This document shows, in pieces, positions 10,137 to 19,786 of a stretch of DNA of 64,000 nt. The stretch comes from Candidatus Pampinifervens sinense (lineage in GTDB: Bacteria > Aquificota > Aquificia > Aquificales > Aquificaceae). The position numbers were made by a program, and so were the translations under genes. Location of the stretch: assembly GCA_037927135.1 (NCBI GenBank), contig JAXSPP010000001.1, forward strand, positions 256,001-320,000, written 5' to 3'. A model generated the notes under the pieces. The model was not told the DNA's origin and did not search any database. It saw only the letters and a program-made list of their open reading frames with translations. Each line of letters opens with the position of its first letter. Positions within the stretch are counted from its first letter, which is position 1.

Positions 10137-10790
10137 CTATTTTAAACCCTTTCTTACCCTTTGAAGTATGTTGTGGGCAAGCCTTGTAGGCTCTGGTATT
10201 CGGTAAATACAGGTCTTTAAAACAAGGTCCATGGCAGTTTTTAGGCTTATAAGATGGCCAACGGAAACATAAATTGGGTCCGCCCCATCCTTTGTTCTGA
10301 GGGCCGCGCCCACTATATGGCCCCTGTAAGTCAAATAGGAGTAGCTTCCCCTTTTTTCTCCAAGGTTTTTGTAGTAGCCAAAGAGCCTTGTCTTTGCCAC
10401 ACCCACGCTTACGCTGTTTGTCTCCACGCCAAAATGGGAGGCTATGCCACAGCCCCTCGGATGGGCCACACCCTGACCGTCTATAAAAAAGACATGGGGC
10501 CTTACCTCCGCCTCTTGGTAGAGTTTTAGCATAAGAGGAAGCTCTCTGAAGGCCAAAAAAGTAGGTATGTAGGGAAAGTCCACCACACCTTCCACCACTT
10601 TATAATAGACAAGCCTCAGGTCTGAGAGCCTCACCACCGCAAGGCATGCCCAGGCACGTGTAGGGTTCTCTTCTATCCTTTCAAAGGTGAGGTCAATGCC
10701 CCCTATTAGCTCCACCTTTTCAAACCTGTCCTCTTGTATCACCCTCTTTGCACAATCAAGCTGTATGCTCTTTAGCCTCTCAAGGTCCAT
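10137..10790 (-). CDS. nfi: Endonuclease V
   Basis: [43 protein letters not shown] motifs. Confidence 0.96.
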   Translation of the reverse strand: MDLERLKSIQLDCAKRVIQEDRFEKVELIGGIDLTFERIEENPTRAWACLAVVRLSDLRLVYYKVVEGVVDFPYIPTFLAFRELPLMLKLYQEAEVRPHVFFIDGQGVAHPRGCGIASHFGVETNSVSVGVAKTRLFGYYKNLGEKRGSYSYLTYRGHIVGAALRTKDGADPIYVSVGHLISLKTAMDLVLKTCIYRIPEPTRLAHNILQRVRKGLK

Positions 10791-10813
10791 GGGTTTATAA
10801 TTTTAGTTTAATA

Positions 10814-13600
10814 ATGTACAACTTTCCCCCCCAATGGTGGGCCAAGGCGGAAGAAAAGGTTTTCAACCTACCAAAGGCAAAGGAGGCCTTAGAGAAGCTC
10901 CTCAGCCTTCATCCAAACCCGCAGAGCCTTATAAACTATCTTAACGAGAGGAGGTTTATACTTCTCCTTGAACTCCTTGACAGGTCCGAGTGCATAAAGA
11001 AGTTCCTTATAAACCACCCGGAGGACTTTCAAAATACCATACCGGGCCTTTGGTATGTCTTCAAGGACAAAAAGGCTTACTTAAAGGAACTAAAAGAGCT
11101 TGTGCATGATGGCATGTCCGATGAAGATTTTTCAAAGACCTTGGCCTACTACAGGCACAGGGAGCTTATGAGGATAATGTCAAAGGAGATCCTTGGCACC
11201 GCCAAGCTTGAAGACATCCTTTATGAATACTCCCAGCTTCCCGATGCCATGCTGGAGCTGTGTTATGAGAGGGCCTATAAGGAAATGGTGGAAAAATATG
11301 GAGAGCCTGTAGGTGAGAACGGAAAACCAGCCACAGGATGCATAATAGCACTTGGAAAGCTTGGAAGCTATGAGCTAAACTACTACTCAGACATAGACAT
11401 AATGTTTTTGCACTCTACAGACAAGGGCCAGGCTGGCAAGCTAAACCTAAACGAGTTCTTTTCAAAGGTCTTTCAAAAGGTTTTCAAGCTCATGACTCAG
11501 GTAACACCAGAGGGAAAGCCCTATGAGGTGGACTTGGATCTTAGGCCCTTTGGAAAGTCTGGCCCAATAAGCATGTCTTTGAGGAGCGCAGAGCTCTATT
11601 ATGAATCTTATGGTAGGACTTGGGAGAGGTTTGCCCTTTTGAGGGCAAGATACTGCGCAGGAGATGAGGAGCTATATAGGGCCTTTGAGAGGGAGGTGAA
11701 AGAGCCCTTTGTCTTCAGAAGATCCATAGACTACAGGATCATTGAAGAGATAAGGCTTATGAAGGCTCAGATAGCCAGCGAGGCAAAGAAAAAGCTATTA
11801 AACAAGGAAAATGTAAAAACGGGTGAAGGCGGTATAAGAGAAGTGGAGTTTGCCGTTCAGGCCCTTGTTATACTTCTTGGTGGAAAGTTCCCCTTTTTAA
11901 AAGAGAGCAACACCTTTAGGGCCATATGGAAGCTAAACCAAAAGGGTATCTTCTCCAACGAGGAAGCCCTTTTATTGGAGAGAGCCTATGAATTTCTAAG
12001 ACGCTTGGAGCATGCCATTCAGGTCTATGGATGTATCCCCACACAGAGCTTCTCAGACTCAGAAGTAAAAAGACTTGCAAAGGTCTTAAACATGAAGGAG
12101 GAGGAGTTTATAAAGGCATACAAAGAATACACAAAGGGTGTAAGCCTTATCTTCTCTGGCATAATGCCCTCCCAAGAGGAGGAAGAGCTACATCCCATTC
12201 AAAGGGCCCTCCTCAATGAAGACGTAGAAGAGGCAAAAGAAATCCTAAAAAGCCTTGGCTTTAAAGAGCCAGTGAGAGCCTATAACATACTTTCTAGCTA
12301 TATAACAGGAAGGGAAGGTATAAAGCTTTCTACGCAAGAAAAGCAAAGCTTTATAAAGCTACTTCCAAGGCTTGTAGAGAGCATGTCCCAGACATCAGAC
12401 CCAGATGAAACCCTCGCCAACTTTGACAAGTTCTTCTCAAACCCTACAGGCAGAAAGATAGTCTTAAGCCCGGCAAAGGAGGATGTAAACAAGACCCTCT
12501 GTAGGATCTTTTCCCTCTCTTCTTACATCTCCACCCTCATAAGCAGGTATCCGGACCTTGTGGAAGATGTGCTAACCCTGTATCAGGACTTTCCAACCTT
12601 GGAAGACCTTAAAGAAGAGTTTGAAAAGTACAGAAGCACCCTCGGCCTTAGCCTGGAGGACCTATACAGAAGGTTCAAAAGGGTTTGGGAGATAAGGATA
12701 ACACTCGTTTACCTTATGAAGAAGGATGAAAGGTATAAAAAGCTCTTTGAATTCTTCCAAAAGCTCTCCGAGCTTTCCGACTTTCTCCTTCAAAGGCTGT
12801 GGGAGGACCTCAAGATAAAAGACATGCTTCTTATAGCCTTGGGCAAATATGGAAGCAGAGAGCTAAACATAGGATCAGACCTTGACCTTGTCTTTGCATG
12901 CAGGTCAGCAAGCGTAGAAAACACAAAGAAGGCCCAAGAGTTTATAGCCTTTTTGACCAAGCACACCTCAGAGGGCTACCTATACAAGGTAGACTTTAGG
13001 CTCAGGCCCATGGGAAGGGCTGGAGAGATAGCACCTTCCATAGACTTTTACAGAGATTATTTCCAGGCTCAGGCAAGGACTTGGGAAAGGATAGCTTGGA
13101 CAAGGTGTAGGTATGTGGCCGGTGAAGAGAGTCTTATAGAAGAGTTTGAAAGGCTATTAGAAGACTTTCTTTTTAACAAGCCCATTGGTCCTAAAGAGAG
13201 GAAAGAGATAAGGGATATGAGGCTTGCCCTTGAGGGCAACGCCAAAAGGGTAAAAGGATACATTGACCTTAAATTTTCACCGGGAGGGCTAATAGATGCG
13301 GAGTTTCTCATTCAATACTATATCCTACTGGAAAGGCTAGGAGAACCTTCCATGATCAAGGCCTGTGAAGCCCTTATGCAAAAATATAGCACACTAAAAG
13401 AGGTTTATGAAAACTACCTATTTTTGAGGCTTGTGGAGACAAGGCTTAGGCTTTCTAAGGAGTCTGCTGGGTCCTTGATCTCTCCCCAAGATATGAAAAG
13501 GCTTGCAAGCTCTTTGGGTATGCAAAAAGAGGAGTTAGAAGAAAGGATAAAGGAGAGCATGAAAAGGTTAAGGGAGGTGTTCCTTGAGGTTTTTGATTAA
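10814..13600 (+). CDS. glnE: Glutamine synthetase adenylyltransferase/adenylyl-removing enzyme
   Basis: Two nucleotidyltransferase motifs (GKLGSYELNYYSDID, GKYGSRELNIGSDLD) and two DLRP/RLRP-WER motifs; ATG 10814 preferred over TTG 10748. Confidence 0.93.
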   Translation: MYNFPPQWWAKAEEKVFNLPKAKEALEKLLSLHPNPQSLINYLNERRFILLLELLDRSECIKKFLINHPEDFQNTIPGLWYVFKDKKAYLKELKELVHDGMSDEDFSKTLAYYRHRELMRIMSKEILGTAKLEDILYEYSQLPDAMLELCYERAYKEMVEKYGEPVGENGKPATGCIIALGKLGSYELNYYSDIDIMFLHSTDKGQAGKLNLNEFFSKVFQKVFKLMTQVTPEGKPYEVDLDLRPFGKSGPISMSLRSAELYYESYGRTWERFALLRARYCAGDEELYRAFEREVKEPFVFRRSIDYRIIEEIRLMKAQIASEAKKKLLNKENVKTGEGGIREVEFAVQALVILLGGKFPFLKESNTFRAIWKLNQKGIFSNEEALLLERAYEFLRRLEHAIQVYGCIPTQSFSDSEVKRLAKVLNMKEEEFIKAYKEYTKGVSLIFSGIMPSQEEEELHPIQRALLNEDVEEAKEILKSLGFKEPVRAYNILSSYITGREGIKLSTQEKQSFIKLLPRLVESMSQTSDPDETLANFDKFFSNPTGRKIVLSPAKEDVNKTLCRIFSLSSYISTLISRYPDLVEDVLTLYQDFPTLEDLKEEFEKYRSTLGLSLEDLYRRFKRVWEIRITLVYLMKKDERYKKLFEFFQKLSELSDFLLQRLWEDLKIKDMLLIALGKYGSRELNIGSDLDLVFACRSASVENTKKAQEFIAFLTKHTSEGYLYKVDFRLRPMGRAGEIAPSIDFYRDYFQAQARTWERIAWTRCRYVAGEESLIEEFERLLEDFLFNKPIGPKERKEIRDMRLALEGNAKRVKGYIDLKFSPGGLIDAEFLIQYYILLERLGEPSMIKACEALMQKYSTLKEVYENYLFLRLVETRLRLSKESAGSLISPQDMKRLASSLGMQKEELEERIKESMKRLREVFLEVFD

Positions 13601-15000
13601 AGCTCCAAAGCCCTTAAAATCCTCTTAATCACCCTCTCCTTTGGCAAGACATCACAGAGTATATCCACACCCACGCCTTCCAGCTCTCCCGTAAGGGAAG
13701 CCCTCAAAGCATGCCACACATCCTTAGCCTTAACATTTAACTCCCTTTGTATCTCTTTGGCTATGGCCTTTACCCTTTCTGCACTCAGGTCTGTGTCTTG
13801 TATCTTTTGTAGAAAGGCCTCAAGCACAGCCCTTGAGGTCTCATTCTCAAGCACGGACAAGGCTTCCTCCGAGTATTTTACCTCTTCCACAAAGAAGGGC
13901 TTTAGCCTTTCCACACCTTCCCTCAAGGTTTCAAAAGAGTCCCTTGTCCTTTCAAGCACCCTCTTTACATAGTCCCTTTCCGCTTTATAGCCAGCCTCCT
14001 CAAGGAAGGGCATGAACTCATCCACAAGCCTATCAAGGGAAAGTACCTCCCTTATATAAACACCGTTCATCCATCTTAGCTTCTCCTTGCTAAAGACTGC
14101 CGGTGAAGAGTTCACATCCTCAAGCCTAAAAATCCTTATCAGCTCCTCCTTTGAAAAGATCTCCCTTCCTTCTTCTGGAGGGCTCCATCCCAAAAGACAA
14201 AGGTAGTTAAACAAAGCCTCTGGAAGGTAGCCCTCTTCTCTGTAGTTTCTCACAGAGACAGCACCATGCCTTTTGGAGAGCTTGCTCCTGTCCTCTCCAA
14301 GTATTACAGGAAGATGGGCAAAGGCAGGCACCTTAAAGCCAAGGGCTTCGTATATGAGTATCTGCTTTGGCGTGTTCGGTATGTGGTCCTCACCCCTTAT
14401 CACATGGGTCACACCCATCAAAGCATCATCTACTACCACCGCAAAGTTGTATGTAGGCGTCCCATCGCTACGCACTATTACAAAGTCCCCAAATTCATCC
14501 ACGCTTATGGCTATGTGTCCTTTTATTAGGTCCTCAAAGACCACCACCCTGCCATCGGGCACCCTAAACCTTATAGTGTATGGCCTCCCAGACCTTATCA
14601 GCTCCTCCACCTCCTCCTTGCTCAAGGCCCTACACTTACCTGAATATCTATAAGGAACGCCTTTTTCTTCCGCTCTTTTCCTTTCTTCTTCCAGCTCCTC
14701 TACCGTGCAAAAGCATGGGTAGGCATGTCCGCTTTCCAAGAGCCTTTGGGCATATTCCCTGTATATATCAAACCTCTCCGACTGGCGATAAAGCTCGTCC
14801 CACTCAAGACCAAGCCATTTTAGGTCCTCAAGGAGCATCTCCTCAAACTCCTTTGTAGAACGCTCTTTGTCCGTGTCTTCTATCCTGAGGATGAACTTTC
14901 CGCCCATGTGTCTTGCAAAGAGGTAGCTGAAGATGGCCGTTCTGGCATTGCCAAGGTGCAGATAGCCCGTTGGACTTGGAGCAAAGCGTGAAACTACCAT
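13597..15000 (-). CDS. gltX: Glutamate-tRNA ligase
   Basis: RFAPSPTGYLHLGN, RIEDTD, KLSKRHG motifs. Confidence 0.97.
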   Translation of the reverse strand: MVVSRFAPSPTGYLHLGNARTAIFSYLFARHMGGKFILRIEDTDKERSTKEFEEMLLEDLKWLGLEWDELYRQSERFDIYREYAQRLLESGHAYPCFCTVEELEEERKRAEEKGVPYRYSGKCRALSKEEVEELIRSGRPYTIRFRVPDGRVVVFEDLIKGHIAISVDEFGDFVIVRSDGTPTYNFAVVVDDALMGVTHVIRGEDHIPNTPKQILIYEALGFKVPAFAHLPVILGEDRSKLSKRHGAVSVRNYREEGYLPEALFNYLCLLGWSPPEEGREIFSKEELIRIFRLEDVNSSPAVFSKEKLRWMNGVYIREVLSLDRLVDEFMPFLEEAGYKAERDYVKRVLERTRDSFETLREGVERLKPFFVEEVKYSEEALSVLENETSRAVLEAFLQKIQDTDLSAERVKAIAKEIQRELNVKAKDVWHALRASLTGELEGVGVDILCDVLPKERVIKRILRALEL

Positions 15001-15037
15001 GACTGAATATTATAAAGGTTTGTTATAATCTTTAAGC

Positions 15038-15955
15038 ATGGAGTACGCCTTCTTTGAAGGAAAGTTTGTTCCAATAGAAGAGGCAAAGATCCACATAAAG
15101 ACCAATTCTTTCCATTATGGGACTGCTGTCTTTGAAGGCATAAGGGCCTATTGGAACGAGGAGCAAAAACAGCTATATATCCTCTTTGCCAAAGAGCATT
15201 ATCAAAGGCTTCTGAAAAACTGCAAGGCCATGTTTATGGAACTTCCTTACACTGTGGAGGACCTGGTGAACATAACGGTGGAGCTTTTAAGAAGAAATCA
15301 AGTAAAAGAAGATGTTTACATAAGGCCCATAGTTTATTTTAAAGACCTAAAGCTCACACCCAAGCTCATTGATTACACACCGGAGATAGCCATATATACT
15401 TATAACTTTGGCAGGTATTTGGATACCTCCAAGGGCATAAGGGTTAAGGTCTCCTCCTGGAGAAGGAACGACGATAACTCCATTCCCTCAAGATGGAAGG
15501 TGGCAGGAGCCTATGTGAACAGCGCCTTGGCAAAAACGGAGGCCATACTCTCCGGCTACGATGAGGCCATTATGCTAAATCAACACGGCTTTGTGGCCGA
15601 AGGCTCTGGGGAGAACATATTCCTCATAAGGGACGGCAAGGCCATAACACCCTCCTATTCTGAGCACATACTGGAAGGCATCACAAGGGCTGCGGTTAAA
15701 AAGCTTTTAAAGAACGAGCTTGTAATAGAGGTAGAGGAGAGGCCTGTGGCCCGTAGCGAGCTTTACGTGGCCGATGAGATATTTATGACGGGTACTGCGG
15801 CTGAGATAACACCTGTGGTAGAAGTGGACAATAGAAAGATAGGAAAGGGTGAGGTGGGGCCTATAACAAAAGAGCTCCAAGAGATATACTTCCGTGCGGT
15901 GAGGGGCATGATAGACAGGTACATGGGATGGCTTACACCCGTTTATGAAAAGTGA
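15038..15955 (+). CDS. ilvE: Branched-chain amino acid aminotransferase
   Basis: HYGTAVFEGIR, EGSGENIF, LEGITR, GTAAEITPV motifs. Confidence 0.96.
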   Translation: MEYAFFEGKFVPIEEAKIHIKTNSFHYGTAVFEGIRAYWNEEQKQLYILFAKEHYQRLLKNCKAMFMELPYTVEDLVNITVELLRRNQVKEDVYIRPIVYFKDLKLTPKLIDYTPEIAIYTYNFGRYLDTSKGIRVKVSSWRRNDDNSIPSRWKVAGAYVNSALAKTEAILSGYDEAIMLNQHGFVAEGSGENIFLIRDGKAITPSYSEHILEGITRAAVKKLLKNELVIEVEERPVARSELYVADEIFMTGTAAEITPVVEVDNRKIGKGEVGPITKELQEIYFRAVRGMIDRYMGWLTPVYEK

Positions 15956-17027
15956 AAGGTTGGACCTTTTTCAAGAGATAGTTTATCAAGTGGCATGTCT
16001 CAATAGGTTGGTTGGAACAGATGGACACAGAAGAGTTCATAAGCTTATAGAATCCTTCTTTGAATACCTCTCCATACCTTATGTGAAGGAAGTTTTCCAT
16101 TTTAGCAAGTTTATACCTAAGGAGGCTTGGATAGAAGTGGAGGGCAAAAGGATAGAAGCTGTAGCCTTTCTGGGAAGTAAGGGAATAGAGGTGGAAGCAT
16201 ATGTGAAAAGGGATTATCTAGAGGGTGATATAGCTCTTATTCCAAATGTCACTAGAGAAAAGGCCATTGAGGCCCAAAGGAGGGGGGCCCTCGCCATAAT
16301 AACTTACATGGATAAGATGGCCGACGGTTACCTGTATGGAGAATACATGGGCCTTGACTTACCTATAGTAAGCCTGCAAAGGGATCATGTAAACAAGGTG
16401 GAAGATTACAAGGTGAAGCTTTGTGTGAAGTCTAAGGAAGAGAGGCTAAGGGGGCAAAACTGGTTGCTGGAGTTGGGGAAGGGTCCTGTCATATACCTTG
16501 TGGCCCATATGGATACGGTGCACAGGGTCTACGGTGCCATATCAAACGCCGTAAGCTTTCTCCTGCTTATCTTTCTCTACGATGAGCTGAGGGAAGGCTA
16601 CCGCACTCCTTACAGGCTTAGATTTCTAATAAGCGATGGAAGAGAGTTAGGCTTGGAAGGAGTAAGGTTTCATCTGAAAAGGGAACCAAAGCATGTTTTT
16701 TACTGCATAAACCTTGAGGGGTTAGGCTGGCATAATCCCTGCGTCATATACGAAGATTCAGCGGGCTACAACGGAGAGAGGATCAACGAGCTTTTTTATA
16801 AACACGTAAACGAGCTAAAGGTGCTTATAGAGTTTAAAAAGGCCAAAGAGAGGGATGGAGACCATGTGCCCTTTAAAGAGAGGGGAATTCAGGCACTTTT
16901 CCTTAGTTCCTATCCCTTTACCTTGAGGCATACCATGTATGACAACTACGATGCCATAAGTTGGGACAAAGTTCTCATGTGGTATGAGGTTATACTATCT
17001 TTTCTTAGGAGGTTTCACAGACTATGA
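15945..17027 (+). CDS. M28 peptidase-family protein with PA-like insert and divergent active site
   Basis: AHMD, GAISNAVS, GRELGLEG, INLEG, DGDHVPF, RHTMYD align by eye to M28 motifs. Confidence 0.72.
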   Translation: MKSERLDLFQEIVYQVACLNRLVGTDGHRRVHKLIESFFEYLSIPYVKEVFHFSKFIPKEAWIEVEGKRIEAVAFLGSKGIEVEAYVKRDYLEGDIALIPNVTREKAIEAQRRGALAIITYMDKMADGYLYGEYMGLDLPIVSLQRDHVNKVEDYKVKLCVKSKEERLRGQNWLLELGKGPVIYLVAHMDTVHRVYGAISNAVSFLLLIFLYDELREGYRTPYRLRFLISDGRELGLEGVRFHLKREPKHVFYCINLEGLGWHNPCVIYEDSAGYNGERINELFYKHVNELKVLIEFKKAKERDGDHVPFKERGIQALFLSSYPFTLRHTMYDNYDAISWDKVLMWYEVILSFLRRFHRL

Positions 17028-17632
17028 GAAGTATAGTTTTGCTTTTGCTTTTAATATTCTCCCTATCCTTCTCCCAGTCCTTTGAAGAGCTCCAAAAGAG
17101 GTTGGAAAGTATAAGGACTGTAAAGGTGGTCTTTATACAAAAGGTTCAGTATCCATGGCAGAATAACCCGGAGGTTTCAAAGGGCATATTCTATGCCCAA
17201 AGGGGAGGAAAGTTTAGGATAGAGTATGAGCACCCAAACAGAACGCTTATAGTTTCCGATGGCAGGAGGGTGCTTGTGTATTCTCCCAAGGACAAAACGG
17301 CCTTTATTGAAAGCGTAGATAAAAACAGGTCTCCTGTAGTTGAAGCCCTCTTTCTCGTATCAAGGCCCATAGGAGAGGTCTTTCAGCTGGTGGGTGAGGT
17401 AGAAAGGCCTGAAGGTAAGATATTTATCCTAAAGCCTAAGGTAAAGGATGAGTATTTTTCCAGAGTCTTTCTAGAGGTTTCCATCAGGGGAGAAATAAAG
17501 AGTATAAGGGTTGAGGAGAAGGAGGGTATAAGCACCACGGTAGAGTTCATAAAGGTGTCCTATAACTTTTTACCTTCGGAGGACCTTTTTAGTCTAAGGG
17601 TTCCTGAAGGGGTTAAGCTTCTTAAACCATGA
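17024..17632 (+). CDS. lolA: Outer-membrane lipoprotein carrier protein
   Basis: Signal peptide; GKFRIEY and LIVSDGRRVLVYSP motifs; C-terminal F.L.VPEGV. Confidence 0.88.
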   Translation: MRSIVLLLLLIFSLSFSQSFEELQKRLESIRTVKVVFIQKVQYPWQNNPEVSKGIFYAQRGGKFRIEYEHPNRTLIVSDGRRVLVYSPKDKTAFIESVDKNRSPVVEALFLVSRPIGEVFQLVGEVERPEGKIFILKPKVKDEYFSRVFLEVSIRGEIKSIRVEEKEGISTTVEFIKVSYNFLPSEDLFSLRVPEGVKLLKP

Positions 17633-18090
17633 GGATACGCAGGGCAGAAAACGGAGATATAAAAGAGCTCATTGACGTTTATTTACAAGGCTATAAAGGG
17701 CTGGAAGAATACTCCTATACACATCCCGAGGATGTGCAGGCCTATTTAAACTGGCTTTTCAGAAGGGATGTGGCGGGCATATGGGTGGCAGAGGATGAGG
17801 ATGGTAAAATAGTGGGTTTTGTGGCAAGCGATGGAAACTGGTTTAGCAAAAGGGAAGGAAAGGTGGTGGGAGCTTTACATGAGCTTGTGGTCCTTCCAGA
17901 ATATAGGAACAAGGGTATAGGTAGGGCCCTTATAGAAAAGGCCTTGGAGTATTTTAAAAGCAGGGGGCTTGACACAGCGGAGCTTTGGGTAGGGGATCAA
18001 AACACACAGGCCATTGAGTTCTATAAAAAGCTAGGCTTTGAGGAAAAGGATAGGTTCAACTATTGGATAAGAATGACCAAGTCCCTATAA
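17629..18090 (+). CDS. GNAT family N-acetyltransferase
   Basis: VLPEYRNKGIGRAL and NTQAIEFYKKLGF motifs. Confidence 0.92.
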   Translation: MRIRRAENGDIKELIDVYLQGYKGLEEYSYTHPEDVQAYLNWLFRRDVAGIWVAEDEDGKIVGFVASDGNWFSKREGKVVGALHELVVLPEYRNKGIGRALIEKALEYFKSRGLDTAELWVGDQNTQAIEFYKKLGFEEKDRFNYWIRMTKSL

Positions 18091-18864
18091 GAAGAATACC
18101 TTTACCATACTCTTTGCCTTTTCTTTATACCTTCTGTAAATATCCCTTGCAAGGGCCAAGCTTTCCAAAGAGGAGCCTTTGGGTAGGCCTTTATCCCTTA
18201 GCCACTCTAAAAACCTAGCCCTTGCAAGAACGCTGGCCGTAGCCACCGCCACATTCTCTTCCCCTTTGTGTTCAAAGACCACTCCCTTACCAAAGGGGCT
18301 TCTCTTTGAATAGGCATCCACAAAAACCTCGGCAGTAGGATAAGCCTTTTTAATCTCCCTTAATATCTCAAGGTAAAGTCTGTCAAGTATCCTATTTAGG
18401 TTCTTTATCTCTTCATACATCTGGTTTAGCTCAACTGGTTCAACCACCCTGCATATGAACTCCCCAAAGCTTTCAAAAGCCTTAGCCTTTTTTATTACCT
18501 CCTCATCTCTCATCTTCTTACAGTCCCTTAGGTTTAGCTCAAGGACCCTTTTGTAATACTCTGGCCTTATGATGGCACAGCATAGCACAAGGGGGCCAAA
18601 AACGTCCCCCTTACCCGACTCATCACAGCCCACAAGTATTTTCTCGCTTGGAGTAAGAAGGGACAGTATAAACTCCCTCAGCTCCTGCGTTCCTTTTCCC
18701 TGCAAAAGAAGTGTGCCAGAAGGATAAAAGTGTATGTAAGTTTGTCCGTTGCTCAAAGACCAAAGGGTATTGGGAGAACTTATCTCGTAAAAGCCTCTGT
18801 TTAAAAGCTCTACTTTTAATCTATCTGAGTCTTCCTTGGGAACTTTAACCGTTAGATTTGTCAT
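18085..18864 (-). CDS. rnhC: Ribonuclease HIII
   Basis: N-terminal TBP-like segment (YPSGTLLLQG), GCDESGKGDVFGPL, VATASVLAR. Confidence 0.9.
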   Translation of the reverse strand: MTNLTVKVPKEDSDRLKVELLNRGFYEISSPNTLWSLSNGQTYIHFYPSGTLLLQGKGTQELREFILSLLTPSEKILVGCDESGKGDVFGPLVLCCAIIRPEYYKRVLELNLRDCKKMRDEEVIKKAKAFESFGEFICRVVEPVELNQMYEEIKNLNRILDRLYLEILREIKKAYPTAEVFVDAYSKRSPFGKGVVFEHKGEENVAVATASVLARARFLEWLRDKGLPKGSSLESLALARDIYRRYKEKAKSMVKVFFL

Positions 18865-18882
18865 GCTATACTATAATTTATA

Positions 18883-18969
18883 GCGGGTGTGGCGGAACTG
18901 GCAGACGCGCTGGACTCAGGATCCAGTGGGCTTACGCCCGTGAGGGTTCAACTCCCTCCACCCGCACCA
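18883..18969 (+). tRNA. tRNA-Leu(CAG), long variable arm, encoded CCA
   Basis: GCGGGTG...CACCCGC-ACCA acceptor stem; anticodon arm CTGGA-CTCAGGA-TCCAG; GGTTCAA T-loop. Confidence 0.97.
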
Positions 18970-18976
18970 TAAAGCC

Positions 18977-19777
18977 ATGAAAGTGCTCATCTTTGGAGAC
19001 ATCATAGGAAAGCCAGGTAGAAAGGCCCTAAGGTATTTTCTTGCGGGCTACAGGGACCTTGTGGATGTGGTGCTTGTAAACGTGGAAAACTCTGCTGGAG
19101 GCTTTGGTATAACCAAAAAGGTCTATGAAGAACTCCTCCATATGGGTGTGGACGTGATGACCTCGGGAAACCACATATGGGACAAAAAGGAGGTCTATGA
19201 GTTTATAGATCAGTGTGATAACCTTTTGAGGCCAGCCAACTACCCGCCGGGAGTTCCAGGAAGAGGCTACGGCATATACGAGAAGAAAGGCATAAGGTTT
19301 GCCGTTATAAACCTTATGGGAAGGTCCCTTCTGGATTCAAACCTTGAAAACCCCTTTTTACTCTTTGACAGACTATATGAAGAGCTCTACAAAGAAACCC
19401 CAATAATCTTGGTGGACTTTCATGCGGAGACCACCTCAGAGAAGTGGGCCTTTGGCATATATGCGGACGGAAGGGCAAGCGTAGTCTATGGCACCCACAC
19501 CCATGTGCCTACAGCGGACCAGATAATTCTTAAGAAAGGCACGGCCTATGTGAGCGATGTGGGCATGACGGGATGCTGGTATTCCGTTATAGGCATGAAG
19601 TCAGAGCAAGCCATAGGGAGGTTTACAAAGGGCTTGCCTCAAAAGTATGAAGTGGAAGAAAAGGAGGATTTGGTGGTAAACGCTGTGATTGTAGAAGTTG
19701 ATGAATCAAGCGGAAGGGCAAAAAGTATAGAAAGATTACAGCAATATATAACGAGAGAAGAGCTAAGGGAAGCCTAA
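18977..19777 (+). CDS. ymdB: YmdB/TIGR00282 metallophosphoesterase
   Basis: GDIIG, NVENSAGG, SGNHIWD, RPANYP, DFHAETTSEK, GTHTHV motifs. Confidence 0.93.
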   Translation: MKVLIFGDIIGKPGRKALRYFLAGYRDLVDVVLVNVENSAGGFGITKKVYEELLHMGVDVMTSGNHIWDKKEVYEFIDQCDNLLRPANYPPGVPGRGYGIYEKKGIRFAVINLMGRSLLDSNLENPFLLFDRLYEELYKETPIILVDFHAETTSEKWAFGIYADGRASVVYGTHTHVPTADQIILKKGTAYVSDVGMTGCWYSVIGMKSEQAIGRFTKGLPQKYEVEEKEDLVVNAVIVEVDESSGRAKSIERLQQYITREELREA

Positions 19778-19786
19778 ATTTATAGT

